A stretch of 64,000 bases of DNA from Eledone cirrhosa (taxonomy: Eukaryota), in the NCBI GenBank assembly GCA_964016885.1, contig CAXHJY010000303.1, forward strand, positions 1-64,000. Reading direction: 5' to 3'. The notes beneath the pieces were generated by a model, which was not told the origin of the DNA, searched no databases, and saw only the letters and a program-made list of their open reading frames with translations. Numbering within the stretch: position 1 is the stretch's first letter; every line of letters begins with the position of its first letter. Of the stretch, positions 13,943-29,204 are shown one piece after another. The translations under genes were made by a program, and so were the position numbers.

Positions 13943-14156
13943 TGCCCCAATAATACTAATATATATATACTATATAGAGATATATGCATGTGTAGCGGGG
14001 TGGTGAATGCCACCCCACCCTCGCTACCACTATTACCACTGCTATCATACTTTTGATACCATGTCTTATCCTGTTTGCATTACATCTCAAAACCTCTCCA
14101 CCATGCAGTTCTCCTGTTCCACACCACACTCTTTGTAATTCTGGAATATATATATA

Positions 14157-15187
<1,031 letters not shown>

Positions 15188-15197
15188 TATGATCAAT

Positions 15198-15541
15198 GGA
15201 GGCACATGGCTTAGTGGTTAGAGCATTCGCCTTGCAATCAAAAGGTTGTGAGTTCAATTCTCAGACTGGGTGATGTGTTGTTTCTTTGAGCAAGACACTT
15301 TATTTCAAATTGCTCCAGTTTCCTCAGCTGTAGAAATGAGATGATAGGGGCTAGGGTCCATATCATTCCACTGCAAAGTGGTCGTGGAGGTGCCACGGCA
15401 AAAAAGCACCCAGCACTCACTGTAAATGAGGTTGGTGTTAGGAAGGGCATCCAGCTGTAGAAATCAAACCAGAATCAGTTCCCGTCCCACCCTTGCAAGC
15501 TGGGGGGAAAAAAAGCGGACGTAAAATGAAATGATGATGAT
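15198..15541 (+). mobile_element. tRNA-head, CORE-like SINE with RTE-derived tail (family B)
   Basis: A box tggcttagtgg, B box gagttcaattc, ttgagcaagacact core, tail shared with the RTE 3' UTR, (GAT)n end. Confidence 0.88.
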
Positions 15542-16914
15542 CAGAAACTTCCCAAGGAACCCCTACTAAATAGCTGTCATCTTTGAATTGTTAAACTGAA
15601 GGCTAAGCAACCTCCCCACCTGTTCTCTCTCTCTCCCTCCGTCTCTCTTTTTCCCATAATTATCAGTTATTTCCTTGGCTCACCTTGGTCTGCTTACCCT
15701 CTGAACCCTCCTCCTCTCCCAATGATGGCAGAAGCAGCTTTAACCTTCTCCTCCACCACTACCACTGCCAAACACCAGACCATCACTACCAGCAATAATA
15801 ACACCGCCACCACCAAACCGGAGCAGCAGTAGCTTCACCTCCTCATGTGATTCAAGTAGAGGTTAAGTTGGAACAGTTTGTTTACTTTCACCTCTTGTTG
15901 TTGCTAAAGCTGTTGGTTTTTTGTTTTTTTTTGAAGACCAGAAGTGAAGGCATATCAAAGTTGCCCCCCCCCCCCCGTCAGCTCCAATTATGCAGACCTA
16001 TGATCCGAGAGCATTCTAGCCAAGATCACTCCCATCATATTTTCATACATAGTACATAGCATAGCTAATATGTTCTTTTTTTCTTTATAAGATGGTCAAG
16101 TGTGATTTTAAGGAGATTTAGCTACTGTTTCTAGCAGTTTCAGCAACAGCTTAGAACTCTCCCCACACTTCCCTGTTGCTGTTACTCTTGTGGTTTATTT
16201 TTCCTTGGTTTGTAAGCTCTTCGTATTTTTTGTACTTTTGTCATACCCATCTCATATGAGAGTAACCTATCTCAGATTTATCATACAATAATGGTTGTAA
16301 ACCCATTAACCCTTTTCATATCAACCCCATTGAAACAACCCATGTTTCATGATACAAAACTGCTCCTTTTAAAAGTGTTGTCATTATCTTCTTCTTTTTT
16401 TCTTCTTCTGCTTCTTCTCCTCCTCCTTATCATCATCATCCCCTCCTCCAACAAAATCAGATTCAAAGGTGGTGTAATTTGAATTTAGAACTTCAAAAGA
16501 ATAACTAAATATCATATGGCCACTTTCTATGCTGGTATCAGTTGGACTGGTTGTCACTGTCTGACAAGAGGTGTCACAGAAACACACCTTGCTTATATGT
16601 TCCATATTTTGGCATGGTTTCTATAGGTGGATGCACTTCCTAAAATCAACCACCTTACAGAATGTACTGGATGTATTTTATTGTGGCACCTTTACTACTG
16701 CTATATAACATTAAAACTAAGAAAGATTTCTATTATAGGGCACAGTGTCATATATTTCAGGAACTTTGGTTTCAGTTCTTTGCTGTGCTACACACAAGGC
16801 CATCCTGGGATGGTTTTAGTAACATATGAATTTTTTTCTATGAGAAGTTGCTAGCTCTTTGTTTTCTATTTCTAGAGAATGATATTGTGAATAGTTTGAC
16901 AAGATGCTTCTTCC

Positions 16915-17170
16915 GGCACATGGCCTAGTCATGATGTCGTGGGTGTGATTCCTAGACTGGGTTGTATGTTGTGTTTTTGAGCAAAACACTTCATTTCATG
17001 TTGCTCCAGATACTTAGCTAAAAATGAGTACCAGCAATAGCTGGGGGTTTGACCTTGTGATGGAATGGAATCCTGTCATCCTGTCTAGGGGGAGTCTTGT
17101 ACTCTTAGTCATGAAAATCAGGATAAGCATTGGCCTGATGCGTATCCTGGCTCGAGACAGACTTTAAACT
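16915..17170 (+). mobile_element. tRNA/CORE-like SINE, alternative-tail family C
   Basis: Same head and core as family B, with tail ggataagcattggcctgatg...gctcgagacagactttaaac; related copies at ~26670-26910, 40710-40950, 49095-49337(-) and 50905-51185. Confidence 0.75.
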
Positions 17171-18579
17171 TCTTTCAGCACAACATAATTGATTCAGATA
17201 TAAATAAAATTAGAAATTCATTTTTCGCCCTAGCACTTATATTTATATATATATTTACTTACATTTATATATATATATAAGAGAGAGAGAGAGACACAGA
17301 GTGGGGAGCATGCATGTATCAAAGTATTTGTTGTCGCTGCTGTACTTAGAACTAACTGGAACTTTAGATCTGGATGGTACAACACACCAAGACTGGTGTT
17401 TTAATAAAAGAGAGTACAGAGAGAAAGAGAGAGAGAGCAAGAGGAGGGTCAATTTGATTGCTTGATTGGTACTTTATTTATCAACCCTAAACAGATGAAA
17501 AGTAAAGTTGACATCAACTGGATTTGAACTCTGAACACAGTGTCAAAACTTTCTATGAGGTATTCTATCTAGCACTCTAACAACTCTGCCAATTTGTCAC
17601 ATTCCACACATTTGAGGGTGGAGAAGAGTTTATTAAATCAACCTGGTACTTGATTTGTAACTATGTTATTGATGTTGAAGGGATGAAAAGTAAAGTTGGA
17701 AAATGTTTACAGAAGGCTTAGATTACTGAGTGCTTACTAATTCCAGGGATAAGCACACAATTAAAAAAAACCCTCTAGGTTATAATGAAAAGAATATGAA
17801 ATTTACAGCTCACCTATGCAAATTTAGATGGCTTCTGATGAGGTTATATTTCATAGTGTTTTTTTTTTTGCATGTGTTTTAATGATAGGAGCCCATCTTA
17901 TCATGGAAAGCAATGTGAAATGAAGTGTCTTGCTTAAGAACACAATGCACTACTCAGTCCTGGAATTAAACCTATGACCTTATGATCCTGAGTTCAACAA
18001 CCTAACCACTCGGCTATGTGGCTTTACTCTAGGTATTTAGTTATTGCTAGAAAATATAAAAGTAGATGAACCAATTAGAATTGATAGAAAAACAAGTAAA
18101 GTAATATTTGATGTGAACCCTCTAAGATCTGCGAGAAATAGTAGCCAAATCTCCCTTAAACCACACCTTACCATCTTAATCCATTTAAACACTAACTTGC
18201 CTGAAACTGCCTCTATTGAAGTGTTCAGATTTAAATTCAAACCTTGGGCTGAAATCTTATTACAAACTATATGATATTAGATTTCAGTAGTTAAATATCT
18301 GTCTTCTATTATTAAGTTGACAGGGTGGTGGAATGGCAGTATTGGTAGAGCATTGAAAACATGCTTTGTGGTGTATAGTTATGGCCCTTTATGGTCTGTG
18401 TTCAAATCCTACTGAGGATAAAATAGAATACACACTGAAGCCAATTTAATCAACTTTCCCCTTCCCTTTAAATTGTGCCAAAAGTAGAAACAATTATTAA
18501 GTTGACAGTTATTTCACTAAACCTCTTATAATTCTGGATTATTTTGATAATATGGTCAGAAAATGGTTAAAAAAAGGAA

Positions 18580-18770
18580 GGACAGTGAATTGGCAGTATC
18601 GGTAGAGGGTCGGACGCCATGCTTTCCAGCATAGTTACGTCCCTTTACGGTCTGAGTTCAAATCCCGCCGAGGTTAACTTTGCTTTTCATCCTTACGGGG
18701 TCGATAAAATAAAGTACCAGTAATGTACTGGGTAATTGGTGGCCTTGTGCCAAAAGTGGAAACAACTATT
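18580..18770 (+). mobile_element. SINE family A
   Basis: Near-identical to 10008-10205; an older copy lies at ~18322-18500. Confidence 0.85.
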
Positions 18771-19256
18771 TAGTCTTAGAATTGTAGTCTTAGAATAAAG
18801 GATGAGATAATCACCGATATGTCTTGATGATGGATTATTTGAGAGAAAACAACAGCAACATTAAATGTATTACTAGATATGAAAGAGGAAGGAGAAGATA
18901 ACATTTGCTCCTGTGGGACTGTAAAAATCATTTTGACACCAAACCACCTGAAACCACACTTGGTTGTACAAAATAAGGAGTATTTATATTAACGTGTCTA
19001 TATTATTGAAAAGCCTTCCATCATAATTTTATGTAAGAACTTTTTGTTAAATTATGTTCTAGACACCTGTTTAACCCTTTTGACAACAAACTACCTGAAA
19101 CTGCTCCTGGCTATAGACTACAAAACTGTTTGTATTAAAGTGTTTATATAGTGTTTATATATCATAATTTTATTTAAGAACCTTTTGTTAATTTATGTTC
19201 TAGACATAAATTAACTTTATTGATACTAAGTTACTCTGAAACTGCCCCTGTTTGTA

Positions 19257-19715
19257 TTAACCCTTTAACATTTAATTTACTCTACATTTACTATTGTATT
19301 TTCATGGTGAATACTTTCACACATAATATCGAATCTACAAGATTTTGATATTATTTATTTTGAGAACAGTACCTTAACATAAGTATGAGTGGCTGGTTTG
19401 AATAGAAAAAGGTGATAGAATTCTGGCTGGATACAGCCGGTTTAAATGCTAATGGGTTAAAGTATTTGTTTATCAAAAAGCCTTCCATCACAGTTTTATG
19501 CAATTCCAAACACCTGCTCAGCCCTGTAGCATTTAAACTGGCCATATCCGGACAGAATTCCCTCACATCTTTCTGTTCAAACCGCCTGGAACCAGCCGCT
19601 CATACTGATGTTAACGTATTGTTCTCAAAATAAATAATATCAAAATCTCATAGATTTGATATTATGTGCGATAAAGCCTTTACTGTGAAAATGTAATAGT
19701 ATACTAAAAGGTTAA
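19257..19715. mobile_element. Two TTAA-flanked MITE copies in opposite orientation (piggyBac-like ends)
   Basis: ttaaccctttaacattt...aatgctaatgggttaa (19257-19460) and an inverted copy at ~19520-19715; same family as 25533-25752, 30947-31161 and 37916-38142. Confidence 0.7.
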
Positions 19716-20118
19716 TAATGAAAAAGTTAGTTATATTACTGAATCCCTCCACATTCTTGGTTATTTTTCAAAATTATTTGAAAACCACAGGCAGTGTCTT
19801 TAATTAGAAATATGGTAAAGAAAGTGTTAAGTGAGAACAATATCACAAGTAACTGGTGCCACTAGAACTATGGGATTCATTTCATTAACAGGTGTTAGCA
19901 AACTGTCAGACACTTTCTGGATTGTTGTTTAACCCCTTTATGGCTGGATTTCTAATGAAATACACTGTATTCCAATTAATTAATGAAGAATTCAGAGGGA
20001 TTTATTAAAGTTATTAATTATTTCCTATATAACATTAATTACATTGGAAGATTTTGATTAAAACGGGTGGTTGTATTTCATTGAACCAGAAGCAGTTTTA
20101 GGTGTGTTGATATCAAAA

Positions 20119-20460
20119 TCCAATCCAATCCAGGGCCTTCTCAATCCTCTCACTATTGTTGGAGTAACCTCTCCCTGGTTGACCTCCACCACTTTCTGTT
20201 TGATTTTGGTCATGTCAGGTATGTAGCTGTTCTCACCACACATGGCCAATTGCAGGTTGGTGAGGCTATTTAACCTATAGTTGGGGTGGACAGCTGTTAA
20301 CTGAGAAGTTCATCTGCCCTTTTAACAGCTCTTGTTTTTTTGTGCTGCTGGCGTTCCATTTACTCTCCTCACCAGACCAGGGTCTGGTAAGGGGGCCAGT
20401 TTAATCATGGGGTTACATGGTACCTGTACCAGGCAGAAGCCTGACCTGACCATAAAACAT
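20119..20460. repeat. Unclassified dispersed repeat
   Basis: Reverse-complement similarity to ~39540-39810 and partly to ~28540-28615. Confidence 0.6.
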
Positions 20461-20876
20461 TGATAGATAGTAAATTAGCTGGCTCAGGAAAAAAGTACCA
20501 GTGAGTGACTGATTAAGTCATTACAGCATTAGATGGCTTTTGCATTTTGAGTTTAAACCCTATAATGACCTATTTGGGTTGTAGTTTTAATTTATCACCT
20601 ACTTTAACACTACCAACTGGCCCTTGGGTTCCTTCAGCAGTGTTCACTTTGTTGTAAGTATCTGGGTCAGATCTTTGTTTTGAGGATATCTCCTACTCTC
20701 TTATCAGCAATGGAGGCCTTGAAGAGAGTGATGCATAATGCCTTTCTTTCTGACCAACTAATAAAAAAAATGTTATATACTCTAAATGTTATATTCACTA
20801 AGCGTGAAACTAATACTATTTGTAACTTGTACTCCTGCGTTGTTGTTTTTTGTATTCCAAAATATATATATATATA

Positions 20877-21741
20877 TGAGGTGGTGTCAGAAGGTTCCTG
20901 GGCTAGTTATGTTTAAAAAAAAAAACAACTAATAATTTAAGTTTTAACACCATCTCCTTCGAAATAGTCACTTTGTGTAGCAATACACCGGCCCCAGCGT
21001 TCATGCCACTTTTGGAATACAGCCTGGAAGTTGTTTTCTGTAAATAAGATGAGGACCTCCTGCGGTTCACTCTGGATCTCGGCAACGGTGTTAAAATGGC
21101 AACCTTTGAACAGCCTTTTCAGCTTGGAGAAGAGATGGAAGTTTGCAGGTGGTAAATCTGGCGAATAGGGCAGGTGCAGAAGCAATATAATATTGTTTGG
21201 GGCAAGAAACCCATGAGTGAGGAGAGATTGGAGACAGGGTACATTGTTGTGAAGAATCCAATTCTTCTTACACTTCACAGATCTGGTCGTATATCCTCCC
21301 TCAAATGCCTCAAAACATCAGCAATATTGTTGATTGACCGCCATTGATCCTCTTGTACAAGCTGATTAATTTGCTCCACATTTCTGAGGGTGACGCTCAT
21401 GGCAGGTCTTCCACTTTTGAAGCGCATATGTCATTTGAAAAATTGCGTGCGGCCCATTGCCAGAGCATGCTCAATGTCTCTGTAGCAGACTTCCCAAGTT
21501 GAATACAAAATTTCCCGTTGGTTCTTTGTTCCAACTTCCTGTTCATGACAAAATCGCAGACTACAGCATACACATGATTACAAAAACACAAATTTCACAA
21601 CTTGCGAAGTGAACACAGTGATGTCACTCGGCACACTGGCGCATGAAAGTCACTGCTAGCTCCCACTGCATTTGCAACAACCATGTGTTGCCATCTGTTG
21701 GGGTGCTACAGAACTATCCAGAAACTTTTTGACACCACCTC

Positions 21742-21742
<1 letters not shown>
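20877..21742 (-). mobile_element. Internally deleted mariner transposon
   Basis: TIRs ta|tgaggtggtgtcagaaggttcctgg and ccagaaactttttgacaccacctcg|ta; transposase remnants EQRTNGKFCIQLGKSATETLSML and HLPYSPDLPPANFHLFSKLK. Confidence 0.92.
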
Positions 21743-21795
<53 letters not shown>

Positions 21796-21949
21796 GCCTA
21801 CTGAATACGCACGTGTTTTTTTTCTTGCCTTTCCCGTTCCTTCCTCTCATCACTCTTTCCTTTCTATTTATCTTCTATTTCTTCCATGTACTGTGCCGTT
21901 TTTTTGTGTTATTTTTATTACTAATTTTTACACACACACACATATTGTT

Positions 21950-22165
21950 TAACATCCACTTTCTACGCTAGCATGGGTTAGATGGGTTGTCCTATTTGAG
22001 GTAAGTTGGGTCAGGTGACTGTGCCTTGCTCATATAGAACTGCTTCTGGCTAGATTTCTACAGATGGATGCCATTGCTGATGCCAACCACATTTACAGTG
22101 TGTGCTGAGTGCTTTTTTTCGTGACTCTTACATGATGACTTTACAGTGTGGGCTGGGTGCTTTAT
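21950..22165 (-). mobile_element. RTE 3'-end fragment
   Basis: tttaacatccactttctacgctagcatgggttag...ggatgcc...aaccacatttacagtg. Confidence 0.75.
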
Positions 22166-22225
22166 CTGTATGCGTATGCGTATATATATATATATGTATA
22201 TTATATTATGTGTATGTATATATGC

Positions 22226-22259
<34 letters not shown>

Positions 22260-22260
22260 A

Positions 22261-22450
22261 TAGTGAATTGGCAGTATTGGGAGAGGGTCGGACGCCATGC
22301 TTTGACGTATAGAGTTACGGCCCTTGCTATTCTGAGTTCAAATCCCGCCGAGGTTAACTTTGCCTTTCATCCTTACGGGGTCGATAAAATAAAGTACCAG
22401 TACCGCACTGGGTAATTGCTGGCCTTGTGCCTAACGTAGAAACAATTATA
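22261..22450 (+). mobile_element. SINE family A
   Basis: Matches 10008-10205. Confidence 0.85.
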
Positions 22451-22530
22451 TATATATACATATATTTATTAAAATAACATTACAGTTTAAGCAAAGAATC
22501 GCTGCTTTCACCCTTAACGGGATCTTCTGA

Positions 22531-22576
<46 letters not shown>

Positions 22577-23599
22577 TCTTTTGGGACCATTTCTCCAATG
22601 AAATAGTTTTTTTTAAAATTTAATTTTGACAAAACAAAAAAAAACACACAAAAAAAAAAAGAATTTAGTAAGATAACTTTTTCGTTAAGTTGTTGTTTGG
22701 AATATATTTTAAACAAAAGGTTTATATATATATTTTTTTATGGAAAGTTTTTACATTCAAATACATCTACTTCAAATGAGAGGCTTTGTGTTATAGACCC
22801 AGTTACAGACAAGCTGGTTGTAACTTGTAATTTTGTTTTGGAATGACACTTCAGATATTGTGATATGGTGATAACTCTGTGAGATACTGAGATGGCGATA
22901 CATGTATATATTGATAATATTTTATAGCTGTCAACTGGTTTGATATCATTAAGATCTTAAGATGGTTTGTTGAAACATAACACCAATACTGCTTTAGTAT
23001 TTGGAAAAAGATATTTCCATGAACGTCTGCCAGACAAAATGTTAAACAGAGTTTTTTCTCTTTTTTTTTTAATGTATAACTCTGTTACAAAAGCCATCAG
23101 CTACACTTAGCAGTTTGTTTTTCATTCAAAACTATATTTATACAAATCAACTCATTTAATTTTTATACACTATCTGCTGAGTTCAACAAACTCTTATTCA
23201 AATAAATCTCTTAGAATTTTAACTGCTGTGCTTTTATTTTATTTGAAAACTGCTTGTAAATCTCATAACATACATGTGTATAAGTCATGGTCTTTTTCCC
23301 ATATAAATACATTGTAAAAACTTATTTATTGAGCATAGAAAGCTTCAAATAAAATATGGTACATTGTAAATAACTATCTATAAAATATTGTTTTTGTTGT
23401 TTAACTTAATACCTTAATAGTACAATGTAATCTATCATTTACTTGTCAATAATTAAAATATAATGATAATTTCTAAACCCCATAGATTGTTGAAGGTATG
23501 CAAACTCCTTGAACCCTTATTAGCAAAATGGGAAGCCTGTTAACCTATTTTTACCAACCTGCCTGAAACCACTCTGGTTATATAATGCACATCTCAATT

Positions 23600-24520
23600 G
23601 ATCCAGCTGGATCCCTAAGCGAAACCAGCCGAGATCATGGATGTTATCAAGCCATCTTGCTCGGGGTCTACCCTTGGGTCTGTTGCCTGTTGCCTGTTGG
23701 TTTTGCCTTTAATATCTGTCTAGTGCTTCCTTCTTGAGACATTCAGAGAAGTAGCAGCTCTACCTGGAATGACTCTGATTTCTGAACTACACACTCTATT
23801 GAGTAATGTTACTCCAAAGACCCTTTGGAGGAACCCCATTTTGGCTGCTTGTACTCACAATCATATTCTTTCGGTCATTATCCAAGTTTCATGACCATAG
23901 GTAAGGGTTGGCATGAATACCAAATTAAAGATTGCGAGTTTGGCTTTTATACCTACTTCTGATGACTGAATGCTGAAGCTGGTGCAGTAATGCACCAGCT
24001 CTTGCAATTCTTGCACTTAATTCAGCTTCCTGCCTTCCATCACTTGTCCCTGAGATAATTGAACTTCTCTACCTGCATCAGTGGTACTCCATTCACATGT
24101 AGAGTGCACTGCACAGTCTTTCTTGAGAGGATGAGTCTCGGTCTTCACAGCACTGATTTTCATACCTGCCGTGCAGCACTCAGCAGCAAACCTATCAAGT
24201 GTATGTCGGAGATCACTTTCTGATGAGTTAAGTAGAACCATGTCGTCTGCATGTTCCAGTCATCTGATCTTACATCTGCCAATCTCGATAACCGTTTCCA
24301 ACCAGATTGCACATATCAATCCTGTTCTTGAAAATTATGAACAGGAGAGGTGACAATATGCACCTTTGGCAGAGCCTGACACCTACATTAAATGGTTTTG
24401 ACTTAGCACCATTTATCTGAACACAAATACTAGGGCATTTATATAGAGACTTCAGGGTAACAAGGAGCTCTTTTCTCCCTTTTTGAAAACTGGGATTATC
24501 ACTCCTGATTGCCATTGCTT
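23600..24520 (-). mobile_element. Degraded RTE-clade LINE RT fragment
   Basis: KSKPFNVGVRLCQRCILSPLLFIIF; ADDMVLLNSSESDLRHTLDRFAAEC..GMKIS..KTE; many frameshifts. Confidence 0.82.
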
Positions 24521-24694
24521 AGATACTTTTTCAGAGGTCCAGGCCACCAGAGATCCATAATTATCTCATTGTAGTCTTCAAATTTTCAAAATTAATTGAT
24601 ACACATAGGCAGTGTATTTCATTAGAAATATAGTAGTAAAAGGGTTTATAGTTACCATCCATTATTATTGCCCACAAGGGCAATAATAATGCAT

Positions 24695-24885
24695 GGATTG
24701 GCAGTATCAGTAGAAGGTCAGACACCATGCTTTACAGCATAGAGTTACGGCCCTTTATGTTCAGAGTTCAAATCCCGCCGAGGTTAACTTTGCCTTTCAT
24801 CCTTACGGGGTCAATAAAATAAAGCACCAGTAATGCACTGGGATAATTGCTGGCCTTGTGCCAAAAGTAGAAACAATTATTATTG
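24695..24885 (+). mobile_element. SINE family A
   Basis: Matches 10008-10205. Confidence 0.85.
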
Positions 24886-24889
24886 CCCC

Positions 24890-25280
24890 ATATGTCACCT
24901 GTGTTCTATTGTATGGCTGCTCAGCATGGACCCTCACCTCAAAACTGGAAAGAAGATTAGATGGAGCCTACACTCACATGCTAAGAGTGGCCTTGAATGT
25001 TACTTGGAGAGTTTGTCTGACCAATGAGCAACTGTATGGGATCATTCCAGTGTCAGACATCATCAAAGAGCACAGTCACATTGCTAAAGATGAAATTGTT
25101 AGTGTTCTTTTGTGGTAGCCTACACAAGGAAGAGCTAGCAGAGGATGACAAGCCAAGTCCTATATCAAGCAGATTTATGACGACATAAACTGCAATCCCT
25201 TTGATCTGCTGAATATGATGAACAATAGAATTGGATGGCTATAGAGAGTCAAGAGAATCCATGCAAGCAGTGTGACTTAT
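24890..25280 (+). mobile_element. Degraded RTE-like LINE 3' fragment
   Basis: VLLYGCSAWTLTSKLERRLDGAYTHMLRVALNVTW thumb-region motif. Confidence 0.78.
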
Positions 25281-27385
25281 TGATTGATGGAAGTACAACA
25301 GACTATTACAGTGAATTGTCTGTATATTATTGTTATGGAATTTGCTTCCCTTGATAAGCTCCCAAATACTTGTTTTACACAAGAAACTATATTTGGTATA
25401 ATTAAATATGGAGGAGATAGTAGTGTGTACAGGATGTGGGAGCTAGATTGCATTACTGATTTCATTATTGCTTGTGATGAAATTAATAAAATGTGTTGTT
25501 ACATGTGATTAAATATATATAATAGAATTGTTTAATCCTTTAGCATTTACATTACTCTCTATATTTACCATTATATTTTCATATATCTCACATAATTAAC
25601 TCACATAATATCGAATTTATGAGATTTTGATATCATTTATTTTGAGAACAGTACCTTAACATCTGTATGAGCAGCCGGGTACAGCCAGTTTGAACAGAAA
25701 GAGGTGAGATAATTTTGGTCGGATATGGCCAGTTTGAATGCTAAAATGTTGATATAGAGAATTATGACTTTATTAACATGGTTTTAACTTATAAAAGAGC
25801 TACTAAAGGATTTGTTTCCATATAGTTTTATTCAATATATGTTTAGTTTTGGATGTTGAAATGGAAATTTCATCCAAGCATTATATGCAGTATTGATAAA
25901 CACAGCCTGCGCCATCTATGTGAGTCAAGTATAGCTTAGAATGATGAAAATAAAATGAGTGTGATTTATCTACTAGTGAAACCTTTACACAAGTATATAC
26001 AATATATTCATTAAAAATTGAAAGGGGTTGGTAATATATCTCATCAATATTTTTGTAATAACAATACATAATTTCAGACAGAAATGAGAGTATGACATCT
26101 TAACATTTTATATCAATGTCACTGTTTAATTCTCAGAAAAAAAGAAAACTTTCTTGCTTATAGGTAGCTTAGGGAATGTTGTTTAACCCTAGGCCATTCC
26201 TGATCAAGCAGGCTTATGATCAAACTACAGTCATCTTATTTTTTTTATTTTTTATTTTCCTAGATCTTCCTTTTTTTTTAAATGGTAGGGTTTGCTTTAC
26301 TGTTTGCTACCTCTAACACAGGGGTCAGGAACCTTTTCAATCTGAAGAATCATTCTTAGCTAAAAAAAACAACAATATGATAATAATAATTGAGACTATT
26401 GAAATCATACAATTAATTATAAACAAAAATACATACAATTAAACATGAATTTACTGCATCTCACATATGTTTAGGTGCATTTTATCATTACACCAACACT
26501 AGGGTGTCAGTCATAACTTTGACACAACTGAAGAACCCTCACTACTCTTTGGCAAATTTTTTTATGGCTAGATGCACTTTCTATCACCAACCACTTTACT
26601 AGGTGTACTGGGTGCATTTTATTGTATCACCAACACTAAATAATAAAATTATTATTTCTGAGTATCTAAGAGCCACTCCTAGTGGTAAGGATGTTGGACT
26701 TATGATCATAATGTCATGAATTTGATTCCTTGACTGGGTTATGTGTTGTGTTCTTCAGCAAAACACTTCATTTTATGCTGCACCAGTATACTCAGCTGAA
26801 AATGTGTACCAGTAGTAGCCAGAGGTTTAACCCTGTGATAGACTGGCACCCTATCCAGGATAAGCACTGGCCTAATGAGCCTCTGGGTTTGAAACAGACT
26901 TTAAACTTTAGAAGAGCCATTGAAGATATGCTAAAGAGCCACAGATTCCTGATCCCTGATCTCTGCTCTCTGCTCTAGCATATCAAGCAATTATATTACA
27001 GCAGTATAATCTATTTATCCTTCTGGGATCTGAAAATTACATCAACTTAAAGTCCTCTGTATTCTGATTATGGATGTGTAAACTAGTTGTTCGGGTGGTG
27101 AACTCATGATCATAAAGTGGTGCATTGTGTTCTTGATAGGGCTGAAACCTCTCTCATTAAAACTTCTCCTATGAGATGTAACCTCATAGAAGGCCAGCTA
27201 AACCTGCATGTGTATGAGCTGTAAATTTCATTTTTTCATAGATAGGAAAGTTTAGTGAATGATAGTTGATTTAAACTCTCTTCACACTCTTAGATGAGAA
27301 GCTCTGTTGACTTTGCTCTTTCTAGCAGAGAAAATTATATTATTTCTCATATAGTTAAATGCATGATAACCTAGTGACGTGATCT

Positions 27386-27726
27386 CATCATCATCATCAT
27401 TTTACGTCCGCTTTTCCCTTCTTGCAAGGGTGGGACGGGAACTGATTCTGGCTTGATTTCTACAGCTGGATACCCTTCCTAACACCAACCTCATTTACAG
27501 TGAGTGCTGGGTGCTTTTTTGCCGTGGCACCTCCACGACCACTTTGCAGTGGAATGATAGGGACACCAGTCCCTAGCATCTCATTTCTACAGCTGAGTAA
27601 ACTGGAGCAATGGGAAATAAAGTGTCTTCTCAATCAAGGACACAACACATCACCCGGTCTGAGAATTGAACTCACAACCTTTCGATTGCAAGGCCAATGT
27701 TCTAACCACTAAGCCATGTGCCTCCA
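27386..27726 (-). mobile_element. SINE family B (RTE tail)
   Basis: Reverse complement of 15198-15541. Confidence 0.88.
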
Positions 27727-28003
27727 TACAATATTTAACCAAATTGAAATTAAAAATACAGTGAAGTGAAATGACAATTTTTTTCGAGAAAGGCAAGGGA
27801 GAGAATTATGAAACTTAAATTAATTAAAAATTAAATGGAGTATCTTGGTACAATAATTGGCAGTAAAAGTCAATCTATGCAAAATTATTGAAATTGATAA
27901 ATGAATCATATACATACTAACATAACTTTCATTTCAGATTATATTATATAATATGATTATATAATCTAATCTAATCTATTATTTGTCTCTTTTTTTTTTC
28001 TAG

Positions 28004-28085
28004 GATTCAGTCCATTAAGGAAGAATCTCAGCTGGAGACTCCGGGTATATTTACCAAAGTATTTGATCAACATTTTTCTATGAAG
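28004..28085 (+). other. Candidate upstream (5' leader) exon of the PCGF3-like gene
   Basis: Strong acceptor (T-rich tract, ttctag|), 82 nt of non-repetitive sequence, donor AAG|gtaat; no transcript evidence. Confidence 0.4.
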
Positions 28086-28125
28086 GTAATCATGAATTCT
28101 TTTTCAAAAGTTTGTAGAATTTTCT

Positions 28126-28370
28126 TTAACCCTTTTGTTACCATATTTCTAATGAAATATGCTGCAAATGTGTTTCAATTAATATTGAAAATAATAATAA
28201 TGTTTGAGGTATTTAGTAATATAACTTTTTCAATAATAAGTTGATGTTTGAAATATTATTTTCAAATTTCTTACATAAAATTATGATGGAAGGTTTTAAT
28301 GAACACTTTAAAACAGACAGTTTTGTGTCATAGAACAAGGGTGGTTTTAGGTGGGTTGGTAACAAAAGGA
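28126..28370. mobile_element. Second TTAA/CCCTTT-ended MITE family
   Basis: ttaacccttttgttacc...ggtaacaaaagg; relatives at ~31959-32214, 38296-38812 (SINE inserted), 39925-40144 and 40225-40385. Confidence 0.68.
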
Positions 28371-29204
28371 TTATTATTATATAAATGGTGGTGTTCCAGC
28401 ATGGCCACAACACATGGGCTGGAACAGGTAAAAGAGTATTTTTTTTAATTTAGAATTCATAAAACAATTAAAAGGAACAAAAAATTTGGGGATAAAATTC
28501 TACATCCTTGGTCAGACCCCATACCTCAGTTCCATATAGCCCAAATATGACCAGGTCAACCAGGGAGAGGGTTCCTCCAACAGGAATGAGAAGGCCTTGG
28601 ATTTTGGATAGATTGGTCATATGGTGCTTATGTTAAAAAAATAAATCTTTATTACTAAAATGATGGTTGTGGCTTCTAGTAATCCTGTCACAAATCACAC
28701 AGGTTCATCAAATGTGTTTAACTATAGTGTTAACCAAATAACAGACAAATGCAGTTAAACTTCTAGAAAGCTCTATTCCTCATGTTGATCAAATAAAATG
28801 AATTTCTTTTTTTTTTTATAAGATTGGATAAAAATGTTATAATTATGTATGGCAAAAGAAAAAAATAGAAATGAAAAAAGGATGGGGAGAGATGATACAT
28901 GGGAACTCTACTCCTTTGGGTTGATAGCATATCTCAGCTGCTCTCTGCAGACAAGATGACAAAGGTGTTGCTACAGAGAATAACTATCAATAACTGCTAC
29001 CTCAGCCATTCCACCACTTGGTGCTCCATGTTGTGGCACAGTGTCAAACTCATTGCTTTAGCCTCATACCAAAGTGCCTCTGCCTGTAATGTAAAGGAGT
29101 AGAAGGTAACCAAATATTAAGCATTGACTGACCAATTCTATTTTGTGCTGGTCACCATTGAAACCTCCTGCGGTTTTTGAGAATTTATTTTCTTACTTAG
29201 CAAC

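Noticed and set aside
15720-15861. Possible first exon of the PCGF3-like gene
   Set aside because: Low-complexity sequence with a weak donor, and no frame joins cleanly to the downstream candidate exon.
17830-17860. CTGATGAG motif
   Set aside because: Part of a dispersed repeat (relatives ~27170-27240 and ~41090-41165) lacking the GAAA half and the stems.
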